NCBI RefSeq assembly: GCF_006345805.1
Contig: NC_043024.1
Coordinates: 16,616,001 to 16,680,000, forward strand
Direction: 5' to 3'
Source of the DNA: Octopus sinensis
Taxonomy: Eukaryota
Length of the DNA: 64,000 nt
Shown here piece after piece: positions 1 through 12,049 of the stretch. Each line of letters begins with the position of its first letter. Positions within the stretch are counted from its first letter, which is position 1. A program made the position numbers and the translations under genes. The notes beneath the pieces were generated by a model. It was not told where the DNA came from. It saw nothing but the letters and a program-made list of their open reading frames with translations, and did no database searches.

Positions 1-105
1 GGATTTGAACTCAGAACAGAGAGAGCTTGAACATATGTTGCACTGCATTTTATTTGACTGATAGTCAAAGATACCTGCATTGATTTAGTATTCTGGTAGT
101 GTATC

Positions 106-320
106 AAAGCGGCAAGCTAGCAGAAACTTTAGCACCCCGAGTGAAATGCTTAGTAGTATTTGGTTTGTCTTTACATTCTGAGTTCAAATTCCACTGAGGT
201 CGACTTTGCCTTTCATCCTTTTGGGGTCAATAAATTAAGTACCAGTTGCATACTGGGGTTGATCTAACTGACTGCCCCACCTCCCCAAAAATTTTACGCC
301 TTGTGCTTAGAGTAGAAAAG
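106..320 (+). mobile_element. tRNA-derived SINE, family A (core gagttcaaattccgccgaggtcgactttgcctttcatcc)
   Basis: A/B-box-like head plus a core that recurs about 10 times in the window. Confidence 0.85.
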
Positions 321-351
321 GCTCTGGTTGTGTATCCTAGATTTTGAATAT

Positions 352-566
352 TCTTTTATTTGTTTCAGTCATTTGACAGAAGCCATGCTGGAGCACCACC
401 TTTAGTCAAACAAATCAACCCCAGGACTTATTCTTTGTAAGCCTAGTTGCTTATTCTATTGATCTCGTTCGCTAAATTACAGGGACGTAAACACACCAAC
501 ATCTGTTGTCAAGCGATGTTGGTGGGACAAACAAACATATACATATACATATATATATGCATGTAT

Positions 567-613
<47 letters not shown>

Positions 614-768
614 TATACTACATACGACAGGTTTCCTTCAGTTTCCGTCTACCAAATCCACTCAGGTTATAATAGAAGACACTTGCCCAAGGTGCCACGC
701 AGTGGGACTGAACCCTGGAACCATGAAGTAGGGAAGCAAGCTTCTTACCACACAGCCATTCCTGTGCC
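352..768 (-). mobile_element. tRNA/CORE-type SINE, family B, with internal TA/TG microsatellite
   Basis: The minus strand reads tggctgtgtggtaag...gggttcagtcccactgcgtggcaccttgggcaagtgtcttc (CORE-like) and matches the other family B copies. Confidence 0.85.
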
Positions 769-1080
769 TAAAATAGAATAGAATAATAATTTTACTAATT
801 AGTTCTAATTTTGCCTCAAGGCCAGCAATTTCAGCAGGAGGGGTTTAGTTCATTATTTCGACTCCAGTGTTTAACTGGTACTTATATTATCAACCCTGGA
901 AGGATGAAAGGTAAAGCCAACGTGAAGGTGGGGACTGAACTCATAGCATAAAGAATTGAAAGAAATGCTGTTGAGCATATTGTCTGGTGCTTTAACCACT
1001 CTGACAACTCACTGTACTACTACTACTACTACTACTACTATTACCACCACCACTACTACTACTGATGATGATGATAAAAG

Positions 1081-1590
1081 TGGTATGAACATAAACCCGA
1101 AGGCATCATCGAAAATGATAATGCAAAGCTCCAATGGGATTTTATGATTCAGTATGAACATGAGATAGAGAATATGAAACTAGATATAGTGTTAATTGAG
1201 AAAGAAAGCAAACTATGCTGGATCATAAATGTAGCATGCCTAGCTGACAACAAGGTATGTGATAAGGAAGAAAGGAAAGTTGATAGATAAAACAGGTTGG
1301 CTTGGAAGGTTAAGCAGCTGAAGTCACTGAAAAAGGTGGTAGTAGTACCAATAATTGTCGGAGCCCTGGGAACGGTGAGTAAAAACCTTGAGAAGTACAT
1401 GGAACAAATAGGGGCTGCAATAAGGGTGGAGCACTTGCGGAAAACAGCACTGCTTGGAATCACTCGAATACTCCGGATGGTGCTAAAAAAATAAGGGGTG
1501 TTACCTTAGTTTACTGGTAGTGAACAGCTGACACTGGTACATCTCCAGCATTAGAAGCTGTGCAAACACAATAAAATAATAATAATAATA
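1081..1590 (+). mobile_element. 5'-truncated R4/Dong-clade LINE 3' end (REL endonuclease region), pseudogenic
   Basis: Translates WYEHKPEGIIENDNAKLQWDFMIQ...DIVLIEK...KEERKVDR*...VVVVPIIVGALGTVSK...RKTALLGITRILR. It follows (ACT/GAT)n and ends in (TAA)n. Confidence 0.8.
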
Positions 1591-1702
1591 GCCATATCAC
1601 GTTGAAAGCACCGGTTCTCATCCGATCACCAAAGTTAAGCAACGTCGAGCCTAGTTTGCACTTAGATGGGTGACCGCTTGGGAAACCTAGGTGCTTTAAG
1701 CA
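1591..1702 (+). rRNA. 5S rRNA-derived segment (SINE head or pseudogene; first ~7 nt missing)
   Basis: gccatatcacgttgaaagcaccggttctcatccgatcaccaaagttaagcaacgtcgagcc...gatgggtgaccgcttgggaaacctaggtgct is colinear with animal 5S rRNA including the A/C-box regions. No T-run terminator follows. Confidence 0.9.
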
Positions 1703-2275
1703 TCACACATAATGCCCTGATTCAGTACCAGGCAGTGGCTCTCGTGGCTTCTGATCTTAACTGATTGGAAGTGTTATCATGTACGTTGTTTTGTCTTGGT
1801 ATAAAAGATGGGCTACAGCAAATATTCTGTTCAATATCACAGATTTGCTTGTCAGTTGTTTGACCATAACCAGTTGAGCATGTCCCTTAGTGGCTGACGA
1901 TATGTGCATCTCTGATCACGAGCAGAAGTAGTGGGGAGCATCATAGCCATGTGTTGAGAGGGATTTTTGGGGGTTTGGATAATTCACCTCTGGAAACATG
2001 GGTGGTTCGTTCAACATCCTTAAACAACCCTTATTCAGGGACCTTTTGAGCGGGATGGGTTACTCGACCAGAAGAAAATTCTAACTGGGCCCCACCTGCA
2101 AGGTCATGTGCTGTTTATTTTCATATGAGATTACCATGTCGCGCACATATGTACCTAGTGTACCCTTACCAGACGGGTAGTCATGATGGGTATACAGGGC
2201 TTCGTTTATTTTACCCAATGTCACTTTGATGGCATGCACTGCTCTCTCACTCAATAATAATAATGATAATAATAA
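1591..2275 (+). mobile_element. 5S-headed SINE (SINE3-like), ~660 bp, with (TAA)n tail
   Basis: 5S head, non-coding body and TAA tail. Body segment ~1821-1962 recurs reverse-complemented at 8735-8876. Confidence 0.7.
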
Positions 2276-2291
2276 ATATAATAAATCAATA

Positions 2292-2480
2292 CTAACAGAT
2301 GACAATGTTTGTCTAAAAGAAACGGAGAAACTTTCAAAATACAAAAACCTGGAGATAGAGCTAAATCGAATGTGGAGTCTAAAAACAAAAACAATTCCCA
2401 TAATAGTAGGTATATTAGGTATGATAAAAAAACATTCAGACAAATGCATAACAAAAACATCAGGACTTTCAAGTGTATAT
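2292..2480 (+). mobile_element. R4/Dong-clade LINE REL fragment (second family)
   Basis: DDNVCLKETEKLSKYKNLEIELNRMWSLKTKTIPIIVGILG matches the KExEKxxKYxxL...LW...P..IG.LG pattern. Confidence 0.7.
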
Positions 2481-2744
2481 AGGACCCCTGCAACACGAGT
2501 GTAAATTCGAGAGGGGAATATGCTGAATAAAATCATAAGTGATCCTCGTGTATTTTCTTTTACCCAAAGCCAAGAACATTCCGGTGCCTTTGTAAGTTTA
2601 TTTGTTGCCCATGCAGTAAGCGTCCGTTCTTTGCATCATTGTTGTTTTAAAGGAAAAACAGATTGGCACTGGTGGTGTCACAGATGACCACAAAACGTGA
2701 AGAGTCAGAACAAACCCTATAAGTCACTTTGTTCAATGTTCTAT

Positions 2745-2900
2745 TAATTCTATCAATCCGCTGACCTGAATTGGTACAAATAGGATAAAGGACTAAGTTG
2801 ACTCTGCCAAGATTTGAACTCAGAATGTAAAAGTCCACAACTATTATAAATACCACTGGGTATTTTGTCTGATGCTCTAACAATTCTGCCAATCTACCAC
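2745..2900 (-). mobile_element. SINE family A, decayed
   Basis: Reverse complement of the family A core (atttgaactcagaatgtaaa). Confidence 0.6.
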
Positions 2901-2942
2901 TAAACAAAAACTCTTTGTTCTCTGTTGTGACTTCATTGCTGT

Positions 2943-3093
2943 CACTAGCATAGCTGGGGGGATGGGGTGTGTGCAGTCCACCCCAGGTGGCACTTTTGGG
3001 TCTGCTGTAAACAAAAAGTGTTTTTTGTGGGGTCTAGGTGGGTGGCAAATGGAAGGGCTGTCTTGGGTGGCACACACTCTAGCTACACTAGTG
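2943..3093. mobile_element. hAT-type MITE (151 bp)
   Basis: Imperfect 15-bp TIRs (cactagcatagctgg / ctagctacactagtg) and a perfect 8-bp TSD attgctgt at 2935-2942 and 3094-3101. Confidence 0.85.
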
Positions 3094-4414
3094 ATTGCTG
3101 TTATTGTTGTTTAGTTCTAGGTCAGCTTTTATGAAGATCAAGCAAACCTTTCATCAAAGGTTTTCCAACACAAACTTCATGACCTGATGAGGAGACTGCA
3201 TAACTGATTTTTTATAGACTGAAATTTGGAGGGGAAAACTGTCAGTCATATTGATTTCCTTCCCACTGTCCGTGACTGGTACTTAATTTTATTGACCCTG
3301 TAATGATGAAAAGGCAAAGTTGACCTCAACAGGATTTGAAGACAGAACAGAAAGAGTTACATCAAATATTTCAACTAATGAGACTGTTAATTGACTTCAA
3401 CTTCAACTCTTAATCACCTCTTCTATGTCCTGCCAAAGATGCTGGGGAATCTGTTCCAGAGTATTCTTTCTTAGAATCACTATACAAAAACCCCGTTTAG
3501 TAGTGTTAAGAGGCTTCCCACTTAATGAAATCTTTGGGATGATAGGCAGTGTTCTGGAATTATTTACAGTACCTTGGAGCCTGGTGGTCACAGGGTGAAT
3601 GAAGCACTTAACCCATGGCTTGCTGCAGTGGGCAGTTGTGCATTAAAATATTTAGATATTGTCAAACACCTTGTTTGAATACAAGTAACAGAGTTGACTT
3701 GGTGCAACCTAGAAGCCAGATAATGGTGTTAAAACAGAGCAAGTAAAAAACCCCTTCCTACACAATTTCTATCAACTAATTTCAGTCACAGTTCTTGGGT
3801 CAACCAAAAGGTGTGGCTGAATACACTTGCCTGATATGTCACCATGTAGTGTTACTGAACATGGAGTCACATGGTTGTTCTTAAACACATGATGATATAT
3901 GCACATCTGCACAAATGATTACTAAAAGAAAATGGAATTATTTCATGAGAGGACTTAGCAATTCTCCTGTGGGATGTAGAAGAATCGCTATGAATAGTGA
4001 AAATCTGTGTTTGAAGCAAAGAAATTGAATTTATCTTTTCCTGACTGTTATAGAGAATTGGATGTTACAATTCCAATTAACTCCATGGTGGCTTCGTAGA
4101 ATTGTTAGACTATCAAACAATATAACACTGTATTATTTATGGTTCTTTACTTTCTGAGTTCAAATCACACTAAGACAGACTTTGCTTCCCTCCTTCTTGG
4201 GCCACTCAAGTTCTTGGGCGAATTTCTATTGCTTCAAGTATTTCTAAACTTGAATGGAATTATGATAAAACAAACCTGTCCTCTGGAAATGTTGGGTTTT
4301 ATATAGTTTTTGTGAAAGCATAGCAACAAGAAGAGTCCAATATGATTAATTTTTCACACTCTTAACCTGACCTTTAAAGATTTCTGTAATACAGGCAATG
4401 GATTGAAAGTCATT

Positions 4415-4615
4415 ACATCATCATCATTATTATCGTCGTTGTCATCATTTAATGTCTGCCATACATGCTGGCATGGGTTAGGTGGTTTTACCAGAGTTGG
4501 CTAGCTGGGGAACTGCACCAGACTCTGGTCTGATTTGGCATTGTTTCTATGACTGAATGCCCTTCCTAATGCCAACCACTTTACAAAGTGTGGTGGCTGC
4601 TTTTGCATGGCACTA
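4415..4615 (-). mobile_element. RTE-type LINE 3' tail
   Basis: (CAT)n-tttaatgtc...catgctggcatgggtt...gaatgcccttcctaatgccaaccac. The same tail occurs at ~55900 and 49165. Confidence 0.6.
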
Positions 4616-4616
4616 G

Positions 4617-6770
4617 ATGGGTGATAATTCACTCTCCATTGTATCGTTGGATCTTGCCAAAACACACCCAAGCATGCCCCACCATTTACTCCAAAATGCA
4701 TTGGAGTGCTACCAAGTACAAACAGAAGTAGTCAGACTCATAATGTCTCACAAAGATTTGCTGAGGATGAGGTTCACTGCAAGACATTTCACCACTAAGA
4801 AGGCATTATGGTATTATAACAGTGTCTTTGGTGTTATTTTTGGTGGCAATGAACCTACAGCTTGAGGCGGGGGGGGGGAAGCAATTGAGAAGTCCTGAAA
4901 CTGACTGAAACATGGGAAATCCAGTTTTTAGGGTTTAGGGGTGACATAACAGTTATAACATCATCAATTGGAGGGCCACAGTGGACACTGAGTTTGCTGG
5001 AAAAGATGCCCAATGAAATCTCAGAGCCTGAATATCCTGAAAATAAAGCTTACAAAAGACATCATTAGTATTCAGGGCTGACAATCTAAGAAAAATAAGT
5101 CTGCTGCTTTGGGTAAAATTATAATTAAACCCTTAAGGATATTGGAAACACTGAAAATACTAAAACCCAATTAGACAACTGGCTGAGGACAGTTGATAAA
5201 AGCCAGAAGGTTCTTCCAGTATGGCATCATACCCAGACCAAAATGGCTAGTTTTGCTCTACAACTTTGCCATGACTTAGCTGTACAGTAAATTCATGTGA
5301 AGTTGCCTGGGCTCCCCCAAATTTCAGCTCAGTCTATCTGTACAGCAAATTTCACCTACCAATTTCATCAGTGGTGGAAGAATTCAAAGCCAAAGGCAGA
5401 AGCTATCAGCACATTGCTTCTATCTGAGGATGAGAAAGTCAGATACAGCAAAAAGACCATTATGTGCGACAGAAAATGGCAGAAGCCTCAGGGAGCTGTG
5501 AATGATGTGGAAATATACTGGAAGCACCAGGAGATTGTTGGAGTAGTCTGTCAATGATGGCTAGGGCATGGCAAGTACAGTAGAAAGAGGTGGGAAAACA
5601 CCAATACCAAGAGCAGAAGAGAGCTCATAGGGCAAAAGAGCCATGATTCAACAGAGGAGGTGAAGGCAGTAGGGCTTATTTGCCAGAAACAATGGATACA
5701 GTGGGACCAAGCACTCAAGCACCCACTGTCTTGAGAGGAACTCTGGGGCACTGACCAGGAAAGACTGTCCTTTCTCCTCTGTATTATTGCTGGTGAGCTG
5801 GCAGAAAGCCGGGTGAAAGGCTTAGCGGTATTTCGTCTACTGTTATGTTCTGGGTTCAAATTCTGCCACGGTCGACTTTGTCTTTCATCCTTTCGGGGTC
5901 GATAAATTAAGTACCAGTTATGCATTGGGGTCGATGTAATCGACTTAATCCATGTGTCTGTCCTTGTTTGTCCCCTCTATGTTTAGCCCCTTGTGGGTAA
6001 TAAAGAAACAAAATAGCCTTAAAATATGGGACAAAGAAAAGGACCCCATCCTACAAGCAGTGTGAAGCAACTCTTTGCACCCTGAACCATATTTTGACTA
6101 GGTGCCCTAGTGGAGACATGACGAGGTCCTTGCAGAAATTACTTAGTGGATTGATCTGTAACGGTTGACGGTTAATAAACACCATCCACAACCAACAAAG
6201 AGTATCGAATTCTTAAAGGAAAGTGACAAAGCTCCCAAGATAAAAGCAATGCCAGGGCATCCGTTTTTTATATTGCTTTCAGCCTCAGACCAGGAAGAAG
6301 AGCAAGCTTATCTTCCCAGTGGAGATAAAAGTTGACATCATTCTGACCAGGCATGTTCCTGCTCTCCTGGAGTACAAAAGCAATCCCTAAGAGGACAGAC
6401 TCAATATTTACCACCGGGTAAAGAAAACCAAATATCAAAACTTGGTTGATGAGGACCTTGTTAAGGGATGGCATGCAGCCTCATTCATGATTGAATTCAG
6501 CTGTTGTAGCTTTCCAGCTAGATCAGTGTACTATTTTCTGCAGAAGCTAAGTCTGGAATGCGGACAACTGAAGAAAACCATCAAGGTATGACAGCTGAAA
6601 CTAGCTCAAGGTGGTCATGGTTGAGGAGAGTCTGCAAGTGGAACTCTTCTGCAGGTGAAGACTGGTTTAGTCCTTGTCAGTGCTTGTTACCCAACTCAGG
6701 CTAAAGGGTAAAGTATTTGTGACCTTGAGATACCTGATGATCATAATGAAGGGTTTCCAGCACTTTGATG
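4617..6770 (+). mobile_element. Hero-clade (R2 group, REL) non-LTR retrotransposon, degraded RT to REL region, interrupted by a SINE
   Basis: Motifs across frames: SLDLAKTHPSMPHHLL..AL (WLDLANAYGSVPH), FRGDITV (FMDD), QYGIIPR, LPISSVVEEFK, DRKW..GAV..VE...HQEIVG, TLNHIL..C, RHDEVL, KLIFPVEI...P*EDR...KKTKYQNL...GW...IEFSCCSF, AETSSRWSWLRR. Confidence 0.8.
5791..6008 (+). mobile_element. SINE family A inserted in the Hero element
   Basis: ggtgagctggcagaaa...gggttcaaattctgccacggtcgactttgtctttcatcc. Confidence 0.9.
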
Positions 6771-6799
6771 AATTTAAAAGAGGTTGCATAACCTCTGAG

Positions 6800-7667
6800 T
6801 AACTCCTGCAGTTTCTGTGGGGGTGGGGGAGCAAAGCATATCTCATGTTTATCTCACTATTTATTTCATCTGTGACACTCACAGGGTTTATGACTGACCC
6901 CAGTACCCTGTTTGGAATGGTCAAGATAGTTACCAAAGAACAACAAGAAACTGGCTGAGCAATCAGTTGCAAATTGTTCTACAAAATAACCAGTCAGCCC
7001 AAGGTGGACGTATATACCAAAATTGAAACAGAAAGGTTGGAAAAGAAACCCAGTCAAGTCAAAGACAGATAACTACATTCACCCTCAACATGCCATCACT
7101 TCTAACTTTGTTCCAAGAATAATTAGTTAACCAGTCATTCTACCATCAAGCTTCATAGGCTGACCTTGTTAATGCATGAACAAATTAAACATGCAAAGGT
7201 TTATGCCTGAAATTTTGGTCTGCCATATTCCTTTGCTACATTTCCCCGTAACCTTACATAGATAGGAATCTCTGCTAAAGTTTTCCAATATCAGATTGAC
7301 ATGATTTCTTTGATCAAATGTTGCACGAGAAACATTGAAATCTCCTCTGGCTCCTAAAAGGCAGAAGAATTTTCACTGATCTTAGTGTGGATGAGTAATA
7401 TTGAATGGCATAAGGGAGGACTTTTTCATTCTCACACACAACAAAATAAGACTATATGATACTGAAAAGTTCATTTCAGTTGAGCTGACTAATACAGATA
7501 AGTTAGAGCTATATGAAACCATCAGATCTTAACTCATCCATGTGAAATCATCAATCCTGCTGCCTCCTATGGGCAGGATCAAAAAATTCACCAAAAGATA
7601 ATTCTTAAACCAACAACAATGGATGCTTCCTTTGTTGAAGGTATACACATGCAAAACAACAACCCTA

Positions 7668-7702
<35 letters not shown>

Positions 7703-8640
7703 CGAAAGAGAGAGAGAGAGAGAAAGAAAGAGAAGGAGAGAGAGATTCAAAAGATAATACTGTGGAGAGCTCTTGAATCTTGAAAATGTTATCAGTATCT
7801 CCTCTCCACACACACACACACACATGCAATGCCAGCAAGACACAATGCATGACACTGATGGGAGACGTACCAATACAGCAGTTGAGAAATTGCTAAAACT
7901 GAAACACACCTTCATTAAATTATTAAACGTAGTTACAATATGTTTAATAAACAGCATTGCAAAAACAGACCTCGGTTAAACAACAGGAAGCTCAGTAGCC
8001 AAGGAGAACGAAAGATCAAGTTGTCTAATTAATTAGTTTAGGATTTTGTTAAAGCAATCATCAGGATTTGATTACTTTACCTTAGTCCCTCAGAAACTAT
8101 TTCATGAATAATGCAAATTTGATCACATTAGGCTAGACTATTTCCATTGTAGTGCAAAGGTGGTTGTCTGTATTAATTAACTGAGCCATCAATACACTGC
8201 ATATGAAATTAAATTTTCACAGCAAAGCTAAAAATACTAAACACACAGCCACAACTTTATTTAAGAATTTAATCTCATCTAAACCGGTGTCCTTCACTAC
8301 AGCTGCTTTTCTCACAATACCTTGTGAGTTGAATCGAAGAAGCTCGACATGTGTGTGTGTGCTTTTATAATTCCCTTTGTCTCTCATTATGCGAGTAAAC
8401 GACATCATTTGTTTGAAAACTTTATCTGTTATTTCATACAGATGATCTCCTTTGTTCGTAGGTACAATACCTTTCCTAGTCTATTTACTAACTTTCTCTC
8501 CAATCTATTGCATTTCTAATGCTAATTCTTCACTAAAAGTACATGAATCTATTTCCATTTTGACTGAACACCTACCATGATTTATTAGGAATCATAAATA
8601 ACATTGTGTAACACGATTTTTGTCCTTGGGTAGCAACTGT
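6800..8640 (-). mobile_element. Possible highly decayed Penelope-like element (RT then GIY-YIG)
   Basis: Weak motifs in the expected order on the minus strand: IVPTNKG (PADKG), CFSFSN / IGTSPIS (YF.F..G.AMGSP), RIDDFTW (YVDD), ENEKVLPY (E..LPFLD), PCEC..INSEINMR (C.C..YIGET.R). Confidence 0.35.
7668..7745. repeat. (GA)n microsatellite
   Basis: Direct reading. Confidence 0.95.
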
Positions 8641-8734
8641 TATTTCCTATTTGCTTACCTCTAGAAAATATGAAAAATGGTTAATATTGCCTTCAAACTT
8701 TGCTTCTGTTACATTTATCCAAAATCCTAAGAAT

Positions 8735-8876
8735 CTCTCTCAACTCATGGCTATGGTGCTCCCCCACTACTCCTGCTCATCATCAGAGATGCATATGTTG
8801 TCAGCCACTAAGGGACATACTCAAGTGGTTATGGTCAAGCAACTGACAAGCAAATCTGCGGTGTTGAGCAGAATAT
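8735..8876 (-). mobile_element. Internal fragment of the 5S-headed SINE body
   Basis: Reverse complement aligns with ~1821-1962 (cagatttgcttgtcagttg...cttagtggctgac...gcatctctgat). Confidence 0.85.
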
Positions 8877-10248
8877 AACGATATTTCTGCTTCAGCAACT
8901 CAGCACTGAAATGTAATGGAAGTTGTCATTTCTTCTGATTTTTAGTTAAAAGCAAATAAGCAATAACACTTGACAAAAAGAAACAAAAATGAAAAAAGTG
9001 AAAATTTTGTTAAACGATGCAATAATTGTCACAAGAGACGTGCCATCATGTGACAAAGCGGGTTGATTTGAAGGGCGTTTTTTTTTTTGTTTTTAGATGG
9101 GCAACCAATGAGACTGGACATGCGGTGAGGGTGCGGTGAGCATCCCAGCATTTGGTTAAAGGTTTAGGATAATGAGTTGATCTTTTTTGTTTGTCACTTT
9201 TCAATTTCTTCAATTTTTGTTCCAATTGATTTCATATTTGGTGTATTGATGTAGTTTTGTTAGGTAATCATTGACAGGAAATTCATTTTCATCATAAATC
9301 AATAAAGAGCTAATAGCTTCTAAAGTTTGCAAATTTGGGGTAATTTTAGCCAATTGAAGAACACAGACACACAGGTGCCTGTTTCCATAGTAACAAGCCA
9401 AGCTGTTAGAAAGCTGCTTTCCATGTATTCTTTTTTGTTGCTTATTAAATACTTAAAACACAAGAGATATAAAATGATCATCAGATGTGTTAAAAATAGC
9501 GGCTAAATAGGCCTTAAATCCCCCCCCCCATTTTATTTTCCTTTTTTGTTTTGCATAATCGTATGAATTCCCGCGTGTAGAATACAAATTCACAAAAATT
9601 TTCTGAAAATTGCGAAAAACAAAAAAAGTTGTGAAAGGTTACATGGCGTGCGTGAAGCAGAATTCATCGCCTTCTTTTTTGTACAGACTTTTGGTCCTTC
9701 ACACCTTATCTTACAACAGCGGAAAATAATTGACAGTTGCCATTCCTTATCCATGCTATTCTGATATAGACAAAACTGATGGACTCATGAGATCTCTTGA
9801 GACTCCAGTCAACCAATGTAGTGACAGCCAGTTGGAACGTCTTGTAATAGAGGAATCAGGTACAGATTAACGTTGTACTCAAGTTCTTGATGAAATACCT
9901 ATGACAAAGCGACCAAGGTGATTGGAAATATCAAACTATTTAGGCTACCAGTCATCATTACAGTTGTAGGGCGTATGCGACACATTTCTTCCTGCCTTTG
10001 AACTTCTTCCCTATAATCTTGGTAAAGAACATTAGAGAAGTCGTTAACGTTTGTCCAAAATGCTCACTTGAATCTCCCGAGGGAAGAAGTATCTCAAGGT
10101 CGCTTTTACTTGTCGACACCAAGGAGTGTCTTGCTCTATTATGAAAAGTTGTAACTATTTTTAGCACTGATATACTGCCAGAAATTTTGAGGGAGTGTAC
10201 AATCAATAGAAAAATCCCGGTATATTATCAATAATTATTTGATTGACT

Positions 10249-10522
10249 TGTAAGAGTTAGCACTTCCTTCTCTAAGCTTGGATTCGAAATCGAATCCAAG
10301 AATCATCGGTCGTCAAATACCAATGCATGCAAAGGCGCGAAATTAAGATTCCTTTGTTCTGACAAAAAGTGATTGATCGTCTCCCTTTGACCTCCGACCT
10401 GAGCCATGTCAGAACAAAGGAATCTTAATTTCGCGCCTTTGCATGCATTGGTATTTGACGAACGATGATTCTTGGATTCGATTTCGAATCCAAGCTTAGA
10501 GAAGGAAGTGCTAACTCTTACA
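10249..10522. repeat. Long inverted repeat: 116-bp arms (1 mismatch), 42-nt spacer, TG...CA ends
   Basis: 10249-10364 is the reverse complement of 10407-10522 apart from ggtc/gttc. Confidence 0.97.
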
Positions 10523-11164
10523 GATTCTTCGCCCGAAAACGATACAAGGTGGAGTATGACTTGGTAGGATTTGAACACAGAATGTGTGAGGGCGGCAATA
10601 ATAACAGAAGCTTGGCTCAGACTGGAAAAGGTCAGTGTTCAAAGCTGAGGTGCAAGGCTTTTTGATGGTAGCACAAGATCAAAGCTTTCCTGTCAGCATT
10701 TACTAAATACATACAATGTAGTGGAGTAAACTGTAGAAGTTGTGAAAAGCCTGTGAAGAAGCAATGAATCATATTATTTCTGACAGGCTGGGCTTACGAA
10801 AAGGAGAGCAGATAAAACAGACACGACAAAGTTGGATGCTTCAAACGCTGGAAACTATGACAGCATTATGCGATACACGGAGGAAAAAAGTCGATACAAA
10901 TGCACATCACAAAAAGGTCTAAGAGCCTGACAAAGTAACTATAGAAACTCTGGGACTGTGAGATTAAGACATCGTAAGATGACTAAAAGGCGGAGGGGAG
11001 TGAGTCTTCTAATCAATTGCAACAGACGACGAAACTGTATCTGTGAAAGAAATGGAGAACCATCTAAATAGAAACACCTAAAAATAGATATATGAAAAAA
11101 AATGTGAAGATTGAAAACAGAAAGACTCCTCATAGTAATAGCTGCCTGGAATGATAAAAACGAC

Positions 11165-11260
11165 TTGTAGATAAATATATAACGAAAACCAGAGAATTGT
11201 GGATAAATATATAACGAAAACCGCAGAATTGTAGATAAATTTATTACGAAATCACGTAAC
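11165..11260. repeat. 32-bp tandem repeat, 3 copies
   Basis: Unit ttgtagataaatatataacgaaaaccagagaa at 11165, 11197 and 11229. Confidence 0.85.
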
Positions 11261-12049
11261 TTGCATATATGCAACAGAAGATAGCCGTACGAAACACTGT
11301 AAACATATTATGTCGAGTATTTCAGTATTTGCAGTTCATTTAAAGATAACATAATTAGATACTGAGCTCACTGTGAAGAGTTGTACTACTGGACTTGGAC
11401 TACAAACGGGAAATAGCATTACTAGGCACTTCACTCAATTTCACTGATATATTGTATGGAGTTATCTTAATATGATAGACACTGCGTAGGAAACCCGCAG
11501 AAAAGCAGGAAAATAAAACACAAGTAAAAGATATAGGAAAATAATGATAATAATAATGATAACAATAAAAGAGTAAAAATTAAATTAAAAGCATAAATAA
11601 CCAATTTTTTTTCCAAATTTGTTAAATATAAATATTTCTAGAGTTATGTGGATCTGAAAGTAATGTGTAAGCTAAAGGAAAAAATATGGACGAACTGAGT
11701 TAATTAGATTGAATAAAATCCCCGACAGGTGATGGAAGAAAGTATGTGAAGGTTTGAGTAAGAAATTAATTAGTAACTAATAGCTACTAATTATCTATGT
11801 TGTTGTGACAAATTAGTTAATAGGAGTTACACAAGAGCCGTAACATTACAAAAATGTGATATGAATAAGAGTAAAATGTCATATGTAACGCTTCCTACTT
11901 CGAAAAGAAAGGTGTTTCATTATTTGACGTGTGTATGAAGAGCCGTGGCGTGACTGAAGTTGCTGATCTTATTGGGTTATTCACCTGCATATCCCTATGA
12001 AGTGTACCTCCAATTTCTCGGATATCAACAGAAATCAACGGTCTAGCAA

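Noticed and set aside
1591-1702. Functional 5S rRNA gene
   Set aside because: The 5' end is missing, there are several substitutions, no terminator and no tandem array.
3187-3225. CTGATGA...GAAA hammerhead-like string
   Set aside because: Stem II and stem I do not pair convincingly in this copy.
10528-10545. Possible tRNA-Lys primer-binding site (cgcccgaa) after the palindrome, implying an LTR element
   Set aside because: Only 8 nt match, there is no second LTR, and no gag/pol motifs were recognised downstream.
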